A stretch of DNA of 64,000 nt. It comes from Arcobacter sp. (GTDB lineage: Bacteria > Campylobacterota > Campylobacteria > Campylobacterales > Arcobacteraceae). The notes beneath the pieces are model-generated. The model was given only the letters and a program-made list of their open reading frames with translations. It did no database searches and was not told the origin of the DNA. Below, in pieces: positions 20,138 to 28,407 of this stretch (positions within the stretch are counted from its first letter, which is position 1; every line of letters starts with the position of its first letter). Location of the stretch: contig QKDL01000085.1 in the NCBI GenBank assembly GCA_003252105.1, positions 1,106-65,105 on the forward strand, in the 5' to 3' direction. A program made the position numbers and the translations under genes.

Positions 20138-21139
20138 TTACCAATCTTCATCATCACTACTATATAAACCATTTGTTATAGCATCAGAATCAAGTAAGAA
20201 TAAAGCATTGTTTATAACTTTTTGCCCCTCTTCTACTCCTGATAAAATCTCATATCTATTTGAAGAGATTCTTTTTGCTTCAATCTGAATTGGTTCATAC
20301 TCAGTTTTAGATAGATATCCAAATACAAAAAAGTTATCCCCTTTTCTTAAAACTGCTGTTTTTGGAAGTGTTAACATCTCTTTTTGTTCATATTTGATAT
20401 CAACTTTTGCAAACATATTTGCATATAGTTTTAAGTCTTTGTTAGGAACTATAAATCTTACCTTTACACTTTTTGTTTTTTCATCTACGTCGGGATATAC
20501 AAAATCTACTTTTGAATCAACTGGATTTGTTACACCATCTATATAGATTTTTGCATCCATCCCTTTTTTGATATAAGATAAATCCTTTTGATAAACAGAA
20601 GCTATAAACCATAACTGTTCTAATGAAACCATTTGAAGTAATAACTTCCCTTTTTTAACAAAAGAACCGTCATTTATATTTTTTTGTAAAACAATTCCAC
20701 TTGTTGGACTTAGTACAGGTATATCTTTGATAACATTTTTTGAATTTTTGATTTTATTTATTACAGTGTTATCCAAATCTAAAGATTTTAGTTTTTCAAT
20801 AGAACTTTTAACCAAAGAGTTATTAACTTTTTTACCTATTTGTAACTCTTGTTGAATAGTTACAATATCATCTGAATAAACTTCAAATAAAGTTTCACCC
20901 TTATTGATATATTTGTACTTTTCATTTGCATTTAATTTTGTTACAAAACCATCAAACCTTGTTACAATATCATAAACTTTTCTTTCATCAAAAGATGTTT
21001 GTCCATAAAAACTTTTTGAAGCTGTTACAAGCTCTTTTTTTACTTGGGTAAGCTTTTTATTGAATAGTTGCTCTACTTCAAGAATTTGGGCATTTAAAAG
21101 GGAATAAAAGCCTACTAAAAGAATTAAGATATATCTCAT
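20138..21139 (-). CDS. cusB: CusB-like RND periplasmic adaptor
   Basis: SPTSGIVL, FVYPDVDEKTKSVKVR, ALFLLDSD. Confidence 0.85.
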   Translation of the reverse strand: MRYILILLVGFYSLLNAQILEVEQLFNKKLTQVKKELVTASKSFYGQTSFDERKVYDIVTRFDGFVTKLNANEKYKYINKGETLFEVYSDDIVTIQQELQIGKKVNNSLVKSSIEKLKSLDLDNTVINKIKNSKNVIKDIPVLSPTSGIVLQKNINDGSFVKKGKLLLQMVSLEQLWFIASVYQKDLSYIKKGMDAKIYIDGVTNPVDSKVDFVYPDVDEKTKSVKVRFIVPNKDLKLYANMFAKVDIKYEQKEMLTLPKTAVLRKGDNFFVFGYLSKTEYEPIQIEAKRISSNRYEILSGVEEGQKVINNALFLLDSDAITNGLYSSDDEDW

Positions 21140-22338
21140 TTGTTATCCTTGATAAAATATTTTGATTTACTTAAAGCTTCAAAATAATATTGTTTTTCAT
21201 CTATAGCTTTTAGTTTATATTTAATAATCTCATTTAGATTATTTATCAATGCTTTTGCATCTACATTTTTATAAGAATTTGTGCTGTTATACTCTTCTAA
21301 AACATTTTGAAGTTGTGTGTATTTTGGAAGGATATCGTCCTGCACTATTTTATATGTAATAAAAGAATCATCCATTTTTTGTTGTAAAGTATCAATATTA
21401 TTTTCAAATATTTTTTTCGTATCTTCTAATTTTTGATTTAACTCTATTGTTTTAAATCTTGCTTTTGTTGCTTTTATATTTTCACTACCATAAATAGATA
21501 AAGGGATAGCAACTGATATATTCATATAGTCATTAAACTTATCATCCCTTTGAAAATACGCCACATTTACATTTACATCTGAAAACTTTTTTTGTTTTTC
21601 TAACACTGAAAGATTCTCAAACTTTTTGATTGTTTCATCTATTATTTGAAGTTTTGGATGAGATGAGATATCTTTTGATAAAGTTAATTTTTGTAATTTT
21701 GTGTCTATATCTAAATTATCAATTTTTTCATAAACTATTTGTTCAAGTTTTAATTTAGTTGTATTTAGCTTTGTTTGAAGTGTTTGAGTTTTTAGATTTA
21801 ACTCTTTATACATGATTTGAGAATTAATCACCTGAACTTGAGAAGCTTTATTATATTCATATAATTTTTCTAATAATTGTTCTAATTTTTTTACATTGGT
21901 TTTAAACTCATCAAATAATGCTAATCTTTGTTTGATAAGCTCAATATTGTAAATATATTCATAAATTAAAGCTTTAAATTGAAGTTTTCTATCTTCAACT
22001 TCAAGTTTTGAAATCTCAAAATCGTTTAAAGCTATATCTTTTTGAGTATCTAACTTATCTCCTATTGGAAAAACTTGAGAAAAACCTATAAAATGAGCTT
22101 GCATAGCTTCTTTATCTCTAGTTGACAAATCACCAAACTGTAAATCTGTAGCTCCAAAAGATAGAGTTGGATTTTTCCATTTTGTTGCTAAATCAATCTC
22201 TTGTTTTGCAACATCTAAAGATTTTTCTAAAGTCTTTAATGTTAGGTTCTTTTCATATGCTTTACTTACAACATCATCTATGTTTGTTGCAAACATAGAT
22301 GAAACTAATGTTGTAATTATTAGTGTTTTTTTAAACAT
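21136..22338 (-). CDS. TolC-family outer-membrane efflux protein (CusC/CrdB-like)
   Basis: signal peptide, KWKNPTLSFG, FSQVFPIGDKL; operon position. Confidence 0.75.
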   Translation of the reverse strand: MFKKTLIITTLVSSMFATNIDDVVSKAYEKNLTLKTLEKSLDVAKQEIDLATKWKNPTLSFGATDLQFGDLSTRDKEAMQAHFIGFSQVFPIGDKLDTQKDIALNDFEISKLEVEDRKLQFKALIYEYIYNIELIKQRLALFDEFKTNVKKLEQLLEKLYEYNKASQVQVINSQIMYKELNLKTQTLQTKLNTTKLKLEQIVYEKIDNLDIDTKLQKLTLSKDISSHPKLQIIDETIKKFENLSVLEKQKKFSDVNVNVAYFQRDDKFNDYMNISVAIPLSIYGSENIKATKARFKTIELNQKLEDTKKIFENNIDTLQQKMDDSFITYKIVQDDILPKYTQLQNVLEEYNSTNSYKNVDAKALINNLNEIIKYKLKAIDEKQYYFEALSKSKYFIKDNK

Positions 22339-22718
22339 TATAAATTTACACTTGATCTAATTTTATGAACTTTACCATCTTGAGTTTTAAACATCAAATG
22401 ATACTGCCAAGTTCCACTCATAGAAAAGTTGATTAACATTTTATATTTCCCATCAACTAATTCAGCCTTTGCTGTTTGTTCCATATATGGCATACCAGGC
22501 ATCTCTGGCATAAAAAACTTTACTTTTACTTTTGCATCTGTAATTGTATTTCCATCTTTAGATAAAGTTACTAAAAATGTATTATCTCCAACAACAAGTG
22601 ATTTTTCTGATTTTAAAGATATATCATATCCATCTTTTTTACCATTTAAATCAATTGGCTGAGCACTTAATAAACCAAATGTAAGTAGTAATGCACCTAA
22701 TATTTTGAAAAGTTTCAT
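22338..22718 (-). CDS. Exported FixH/YtkA-like copper-resistance protein (CrdA-like)
   Basis: signal peptide, MPEMPGMPYM, FSMSGTWQY; first gene of the efflux operon. Confidence 0.7.
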   Translation of the reverse strand: MKLFKILGALLLTFGLLSAQPIDLNGKKDGYDISLKSEKSLVVGDNTFLVTLSKDGNTITDAKVKVKFFMPEMPGMPYMEQTAKAELVDGKYKMLINFSMSGTWQYHLMFKTQDGKVHKIRSSVNL

Positions 22719-22763
22719 TTTGACTCCCTATTATTATTTTATTTTGGAAGTCTATTTGTTTTA

Positions 22764-22781
22764 TGTGGAAAGTGTGTGGAA
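22764..22781 (-). promoter_or_regulatory. Direct-repeat box TTCCACA-N4-TTCCACA, 9 nt before -10 TAGACT
   Basis: 11-bp period typical of OmpR-family sites; recurs upstream of other Cu genes. Confidence 0.65.
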
Positions 22782-22783
22782 AT

Positions 22784-23938
22784 TTATTTAAAAGAGAAAC
22801 TGAAAGTTGTACCTTTTTTTAATTTTGATTTTACATCAATTTTTATAAAGTATTTGTCACATATTTTTTTTACAATATTAAGTCCCAAACCAAAACCACC
22901 ATGTTGATTTGTTGCCCTATAATATCTTCTAAAAATATCATTTAGTTTTTTTTCATCAATACCAATACCAGAATCTTCAACTACTAAAAGATTGTTTCTA
23001 AGTTTTATATTTATTGAACCTTTTGGTTTATTATATTTGATAGCATTTGAAATAATATTGTTAAACACTCTTATAAAGTCATTTCTATCTATTTTAAACT
23101 CAAACTCTTTTAAATCTTTTTCTATAGATATTCTTTTTTTCTCAGCTAAAACCTCAAAATATTTTAACTGCTCCTCTATTATCTCTTTTATATCAACAGT
23201 TTCTAAATCACTATTTTTTTCATTTTCTTCTAAAAATAAATAGGTTAAATCTTTATATATCTCAGATATTTTTTTTACTGATAATTGTATCCTTTCAACC
23301 TGTTTTTTACTCAAAGTTTCACTCTCTGAAGACATCAAAATTGCACTTATTGGAGTATTTAACTCATGTGTAGTATCTTTTATAAAATCGTTTAGCTTTT
23401 CCCTTTCTTCTTTGATAGGTCTTAAAAAAAGTTTTGCCAGATAAAATCCAATTAAAGAGATAAAAGCATAAATAAAAATAAAAAGGAAAAAAATATTTTG
23501 TTTTAGTTTATCTATGGTTTTAAAATATAAATTCTCCTCAATAGCTATATAATAAACACCCAAATGTCCATAGGTTGAATCATTTACTAAAATAAAGTTT
23601 TTATCTTGAACCATAATCTTCTTCGAAAAATCTATTGTTTCATCTAAGTTACCAAAAAGTTTATCTTTGTTTTTATCATAAAAAGAGATTTTATATTCAT
23701 TTGAGTTCATAAATTTCGCACTATCTAATTTCGTACCACTCATATGTGCATAAATGATTTGTGAAGATATATTTGATACTACATTTTCCATCTTTGTTTT
23801 TGTCAAATCAAAATATAGTTTCTTTTCGTTTTGATAATATAATAAGACGATTATCATTAGAAGGATAAAAGAACCCCCTAAATATAACCCAAAAAAACTA
23901 AAAAATGTTTTCTTTTCATTTCTTGTTAAATCTAATAT
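22784..23938 (-). CDS. Sensor histidine kinase (CrdS-like); frame open to 23938, first ATG at 23857
   Basis: DTTHELNTP H-box, NNIISNAIKYN, DSGIGI, GFGLGL; two TM segments only if the start is upstream of 23857. Confidence 0.85.
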   Translation of the reverse strand: MLDLTRNEKKTFFSFFGLYLGGSFILLMIIVLLYYQNEKKLYFDLTKTKMENVVSNISSQIIYAHMSGTKLDSAKFMNSNEYKISFYDKNKDKLFGNLDETIDFSKKIMVQDKNFILVNDSTYGHLGVYYIAIEENLYFKTIDKLKQNIFFLFIFIYAFISLIGFYLAKLFLRPIKEEREKLNDFIKDTTHELNTPISAILMSSESETLSKKQVERIQLSVKKISEIYKDLTYLFLEENEKNSDLETVDIKEIIEEQLKYFEVLAEKKRISIEKDLKEFEFKIDRNDFIRVFNNIISNAIKYNKPKGSINIKLRNNLLVVEDSGIGIDEKKLNDIFRRYYRATNQHGGFGLGLNIVKKICDKYFIKIDVKSKLKKGTTFSFSFK

Positions 23939-23995
23939 AAACTATCCTTTGTACTTTTTTGAAGATTAACATATCTGAACTTAATTATTTTGTTT

Positions 23996-24013
23996 TTCCG
24001 CAATACTTACACA
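23996..24013 (+). promoter_or_regulatory. Direct-repeat box TTCCGCA-N4-TTACACA, 9 nt before -10 TATAGT
   Basis: same geometry as the 22764 box. Confidence 0.6.
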
Positions 24014-24047
24014 TTAAACTATTATAGTTAGAAAAAAAGGAGTTATT

Positions 24048-24260
24048 ATGTTTGAATTTATGAATATGAACATGACAATGTTTCACGGTTTTGCAATGAT
24101 TCTTTTTTGGGGTGTTATAATTTTTATAATTATCTCTATCTTTTCTTCAAGAACAGATTGTAAAAAAGAGGAAACAGCATTGGATATTTTGAAAAAAAGA
24201 TTAGCAAAAGGGGAGATTTCTAAAGAGGAATATGAATCATTGAAAGATTCTTTAAGTTAA
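24048..24260 (+). CDS. Small membrane protein with SHOCT domain
   Basis: Met-rich N-terminus, TM helix, ALDILKKRLAKGEISKEEY. Confidence 0.8.
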   Translation: MFEFMNMNMTMFHGFAMILFWGVIIFIIISIFSSRTDCKKEETALDILKKRLAKGEISKEEYESLKDSLS

Positions 24261-24282
24261 TATGGATATTTTATTGTTAGAT

Positions 24283-24300
24283 TTCCACATTCCTTCCATA
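24283..24300 (+). promoter_or_regulatory. Direct-repeat box TTCCACA-N4-TTCCATA, 9 nt before -10 TAAATT
   Basis: same geometry as the other boxes. Confidence 0.65.
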
Positions 24301-24344
24301 TTAATATTATAAATTTACAATAATAAATAGCATAGGAGAAGATT

Positions 24345-24686
24345 ATGAAAACTACAAAATTACTACTTGCAACAGGCTTTCTAGCTGTTAGCTTATTTGC
24401 ACATAATGGAGAAAATTCATCTAATATGATGAACAATTCGAATAACCATATGAACTCAAATAATCATATGGATGATGATGAGATGATGCACAACACAAAA
24501 CAAAACAATCATATGAATTCTAACAATATGAACAATTCAAACAACCATATGAACTCAAATAATCATATGGATGATGATGAGATGATGCACAACACAAAAC
24601 AAAACAATCATATGAATTCTAACAATATGAACAATTCAAATGATAATATGATGCATGACTCTAAAGGGATGATGCACAATAAATAA
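24345..24686 (+). CDS. Exported Asn/Met/His-rich low-complexity protein
   Basis: signal peptide (VSLFA-H), AGGAG RBS, many HM/MMH motifs. Confidence 0.75.
   Translation: MKTTKLLLATGFLAVSLFAHNGENSSNMMNNSNNHMNSNNHMDDDEMMHNTKQNNHMNSNNMNNSNNHMNSNNHMDDDEMMHNTKQNNHMNSNNMNNSNDNMMHDSKGMMHNK
24429..24640 (+). repeat. 99-bp (33-aa) tandem repeat, two copies plus a partial third
   Basis: units start at 24429, 24528 and 24627 (MNNSNNHMNSNNHMDDDEMMHNTKQNNHMNSNN). Confidence 0.9.
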
Positions 24687-24732
24687 TTATTATAACCTTC
24701 AAGACTAATCTTGAAGGCTATATTTTACTTTA

Positions 24733-24942
24733 CTAACCACTATATTTATCAGCAGAAAATATATCTTTAACTTTATTTAAAGTTTTTACAGATTCAATTT
24801 CATGTTTTTCAATCTTTGAATTTATTTGTTTACAATAATCTGCCATTTTTACCATATTATTATGATTCACCATATTCCCATTTGCAAATAATGTACTTGC
24901 CAATAAACTTGCTCCTAACACTGATATAGTTAGTTTTTTCAT
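24733..24942 (-). CDS. Small exported hypothetical protein
   Basis: signal peptide ASTLFA, AAGGA RBS. Confidence 0.6.
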   Translation of the reverse strand: MKKLTISVLGASLLASTLFANGNMVNHNNMVKMADYCKQINSKIEKHEIESVKTLNKVKDIFSADKYSG

Positions 24943-25051
24943 TTTTCGTCCTTTGTTTTAATTTGATTTATTATAAAGATTTAATATGCACGCAATATGC
25001 AAAAAGCCCTATTTGATGAGGAAGGAATGTGGAATTATCAATTATTAAAAA

Positions 25052-25133
25052 TAAAAAAAGCCCCCAAGATTATCTCTTAAAGGCTTTGTAGGAGGGAGAA
25101 ATGTATAAAAAGAATTAGTTAAAACTAAAACTG
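25052..25133 (-). ncRNA. Candidate ~80-nt sRNA with CU-rich seed in the copA 3' region
   Basis: -10 TATAAT at 25144-25139, UUCUCCCUCCU at 25100-25090, terminator at 25085-25053. Confidence 0.4.
25053..25085 (-). terminator. Intrinsic terminator downstream of copA
   Basis: AGCCUUUAAGA/UCUUGGGGGCU 11-bp stem with G-U pairs valid only on the minus strand, then a U-tract. Confidence 0.75.
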
Positions 25134-25175
25134 AACGTATTATATAATTTTAGTGTGGAGTAATCATGTAGTTTT

Positions 25176-27356
25176 CTATATTTTTTGAATTTTTAATCGT
25201 AAAGAGTTTAATACCACTGTAACTGAACTAAAACTCATTGCAATACCCGCATACATAGGAGTTAGCATCACTCCTAAAAATGGAAATAAAACACCTGCTG
25301 CAATAGGAATTCCTAAACTATTATATGCAAAAGCCCAAAAAAGGTTTTGTTTTACTATTTTCATACTTTGATTTGATAAATTTATACTTTTTATTATTGA
25401 TTGTAAATCATTATTTATCAATATTATATCACCAGCATCTTTACTAATATCAGAACCAGAATTTAAAGTGATACCAATATCTGCTTGTTTTATAGAAGGA
25501 GCATCATTTATCCCATCTCCTACAAACATCACTTTACCCTTTTGTTGTAATTGTTTTATTACCTCATATTTTTGTGTTGGTATCACTTCACTATATACCT
25601 CATCTATATTGAGGACTTTAGCTATTTTCTCTGCTGTAATTTTATTGTCACCTGATAATAATATAGGTTTGATATTTTTATTTTTTAACTCTTTGATTAG
25701 TTCAACTGCATACTCTTTTAATCTATCCTCTAAAGAGAAAAAACCTATTGTTTTTTTATCAATTGCAACTAAAATAACACCATTTGCTTTGTTTAGTTCA
25801 TTTTCATACAATTTTAGATGTTCTTCATCTATATTTACACTATTCTCTTTTAGCAATTTTATATTACCTATTAGTATCTCTTTATTTTCATAAGTTGCCT
25901 TTATCCCCTGCCCTGCTTTTATCTCTACACTCTCAATCTCTAAATCAGTTTTTATATCTTTTTCTTTGATAAAATCTACTATTGCTTTTGAGATAGGATG
26001 TTCACTATAATTTTCAATAGAACCTAAAAGTTTAAAATATTTTTCATCAATATTTGTATTTGATACAGAGATTTCACCTTTTGTTAAAGTTCCTGTTTTA
26101 TCAAATACTGCATACTTAATCTCTTTGATTTGCTCAATAATTGCAGGATTTTTTATCAAAATCCCCTCTTTTGCTCCTCTGCTTACTGAACTTACTATTG
26201 CAATTGGAGTAGCTAATCCTAAAGCACAAGGACAAGAGATAATAAGTACACTAATACTTGCAATAATTGCATTTTGAAAATCCCCTACAAAAAAGCCCCA
26301 AACAATAAAAGTGATAAATGCTATTGCTATAACAGTAGGTACAAATATATTTGCTATTTTGTCTGCAAAACGACTTATTGGTATTTGTTTACTTTGGGCT
26401 GTTTTTAAAAGAGAAATGATTTTTGACAAAGTTGTATCAGATGATTTTTTCAAAACCTCCACTGTTATCACAGCATTTGTATTTACAGTTCCAGAAAGTA
26501 CCTCATCCCCCTCTTTTTTAAATACTGGCAGTGATTCTCCTGTAATCATAGCGGTATCTATATCTGCACACCCTTTTATAATTTTTCCATCTGCTGGGAT
26601 TTTTTCTCCCACTTTTACTAATACCTTATCATAGATTTGTAAACTTGAAGCTAATACAGTTTTTGTTTGATTATTTTCATCTAATAAATTTGCATTTATA
26701 GGGGCTAGATTCATCAGTTTTTTTAAAAAGTCACTTGCTTTTTGTTTTGAGTTTTCTTCTAAATATTTACCCAATAAAAGGAAAGTTATAATAACAGCAG
26801 CACCATCAAAATATAAAAACCTAAGATGTTCTGGAAAAAAATGTGGGAAAACTATCACAAAAAGAGAATAAAAATATGCAGCACTAGTACCCAATGCAAC
26901 CAATACATTCATATCATAATTTTTATTTTTTATAGCACTGTAAGCATGGGTATAAAATCTAGCCCCACAATAAAACTGAACAATAGTTGCCAAAGCTAAA
27001 ATGATATAATCTCTAACTGACTCTTCAAATACTTTAAAAAACATTATTATAAAAATTGCTATTGTAAAACTCAAAGCTGTTTTAAAAATCTTTTTTAATT
27101 TTGAAAACTCTTTTAACTGCTCTTTTTCTAACTCTTCTAAACTATCTTCTACTTTATATCCCAGCTTTTCAATATTTGTAACCAATTTTTCTTTTGTATA
27201 AAGCTGTGTATCTATCTCAAAAATGCCTTCATTTGAGGCAAAACTTACTTTTGAAGAGACTACACCTTTTTGGTTTTTAAAAAATCTTTCAATACCATTT
27301 GAACAATTTACACAGGTCATTCCTGTGATATTAAGATCTATTTTTTTAATAGCCAC
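25176..27356 (-). CDS. copA: Copper-translocating P1B-type ATPase
   Basis: GMTCVNC HMA domain, TGES, CPCALGLATP, DKTGT, GDGINDAP, YN and MSFSS. Confidence 0.93.
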   Translation of the reverse strand: MAIKKIDLNITGMTCVNCSNGIERFFKNQKGVVSSKVSFASNEGIFEIDTQLYTKEKLVTNIEKLGYKVEDSLEELEKEQLKEFSKLKKIFKTALSFTIAIFIIMFFKVFEESVRDYIILALATIVQFYCGARFYTHAYSAIKNKNYDMNVLVALGTSAAYFYSLFVIVFPHFFPEHLRFLYFDGAAVIITFLLLGKYLEENSKQKASDFLKKLMNLAPINANLLDENNQTKTVLASSLQIYDKVLVKVGEKIPADGKIIKGCADIDTAMITGESLPVFKKEGDEVLSGTVNTNAVITVEVLKKSSDTTLSKIISLLKTAQSKQIPISRFADKIANIFVPTVIAIAFITFIVWGFFVGDFQNAIIASISVLIISCPCALGLATPIAIVSSVSRGAKEGILIKNPAIIEQIKEIKYAVFDKTGTLTKGEISVSNTNIDEKYFKLLGSIENYSEHPISKAIVDFIKEKDIKTDLEIESVEIKAGQGIKATYENKEILIGNIKLLKENSVNIDEEHLKLYENELNKANGVILVAIDKKTIGFFSLEDRLKEYAVELIKELKNKNIKPILLSGDNKITAEKIAKVLNIDEVYSEVIPTQKYEVIKQLQQKGKVMFVGDGINDAPSIKQADIGITLNSGSDISKDAGDIILINNDLQSIIKSINLSNQSMKIVKQNLFWAFAYNSLGIPIAAGVLFPFLGVMLTPMYAGIAMSFSSVTVVLNSLRLKIQKI

Positions 27357-27371
27357 AGGTTCCTCCTTTGT

Positions 27372-27575
27372 TTATTTTATTATCTCAAACCCTAGATTAC
27401 TCATCTGTTCAAAAAAAGCTTTTTCTTGTGACTTATCTTTTATCTCAACAGTAACCTCTTTTGGTTCGGTATCAAGATTTACACTTATTTCACCAAACTC
27501 CTCTTCCAATGAGACCTTTATCATATTGGCACAATTACCACATGAAATATTTGCTGCTTTATATGTTTTTTTCAT
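27372..27575 (-). CDS. copZ: Copper chaperone, HMA domain
   Basis: ISCGNCA; directly upstream of copA. Confidence 0.8.
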   Translation of the reverse strand: MKKTYKAANISCGNCANMIKVSLEEEFGEISVNLDTEPKEVTVEIKDKSQEKAFFEQMSNLGFEIIK

Positions 27576-27609
27576 TTTATTATCCTTTTTATTTATTATT
27601 ACACTTTAA

Positions 27610-27627
27610 TGTGTAAATTATATGGAA
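27610..27627 (-). promoter_or_regulatory. Direct-repeat box TTCCATA-N4-TTACACA upstream of copZ-copA
   Basis: same 11-bp period motif. Confidence 0.6.
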
Positions 27628-27689
27628 AAATAAATACTTAAATTTAAAATGATATACTTATTACTTTATATCAATTAACTGGATAAATT

Positions 27690-28346
27690 ATGAAGATTCT
27701 TTTACTTGAAGATGATACTTTACTAAATGAGATTATTGAAGAGTTTTTGCAAGAGCAAAACTATGATGTAGTATCTACTTATGATGGACAAGAAGCTATG
27801 GAAGCAATCTATGGACAAAGTTTTGATTTGCTGCTTCTTGATGTAAATGTCCCTTCAATAAACGGTTTTGAACTTCTTGAAGAGTTAAGAAGAAATAGTA
27901 TAAATATCCCAACCATATATATTACATCTTTACACACCTCAAAAGATATGGAAAAAGGTTTTAAATCAGGAGCTGATGATTATATAAAAAAACCTTTTCA
28001 CTTAAGTGAACTAAAACTTAGAGTTGAAAATATAAAAAGATTAAGACATATAGAAGATAATGGGATGATTAAACTAACAAATGAAATCTTTTATAACTAT
28101 GATACAAAAACTATCACTGTATCCAAAGAGGAACATCATCTATCAAAAACTGAAGCAAAAGTATTTGAATATTTTTTAAAAAATAGAAATAAAACTATTT
28201 CTATTGAGGAGATTTCACTTAACAATTGGATTTATGATGAAGCACCTACTGCTACAACTATAAGAACATATATTAAAAATCTTAGAAAAATTTTAGGTAA
28301 AGATATGATTGAAACTTTAAAAGGAATAGGATACAAAATAAAATAA
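27690..28346 (+). CDS. OmpR-family response regulator (CrdR-like)
   Basis: LLLEDD, LLDVNVP, GADDYIKKPF, winged helix ending KGIGY. Confidence 0.9.
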   Translation: MKILLLEDDTLLNEIIEEFLQEQNYDVVSTYDGQEAMEAIYGQSFDLLLLDVNVPSINGFELLEELRRNSINIPTIYITSLHTSKDMEKGFKSGADDYIKKPFHLSELKLRVENIKRLRHIEDNGMIKLTNEIFYNYDTKTITVSKEEHHLSKTEAKVFEYFLKNRNKTISIEEISLNNWIYDEAPTATTIRTYIKNLRKILGKDMIETLKGIGYKIK

Positions 28347-28407
28347 CCAGTATTGATACTATAAAGTAACAATTTTTTTGTTATAATCTTTAAATAAAGG
28401 GGCATAA

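Noticed and set aside
24429-24640. Tandem repeat as a CRISPR array
   Set aside because: In-frame coding duplication with no unique spacers and no cas genes
24980-25010. TGCA-rich stretch as a sigma54 promoter
   Set aside because: No GG-N10-GC spacing on either strand
25101-25118. Plus-strand mini-ORF MYKKN after AGGAGGGAGAA
   Set aside because: Only 5 codons; promoter and G-U terminator geometry favour the minus-strand RNA
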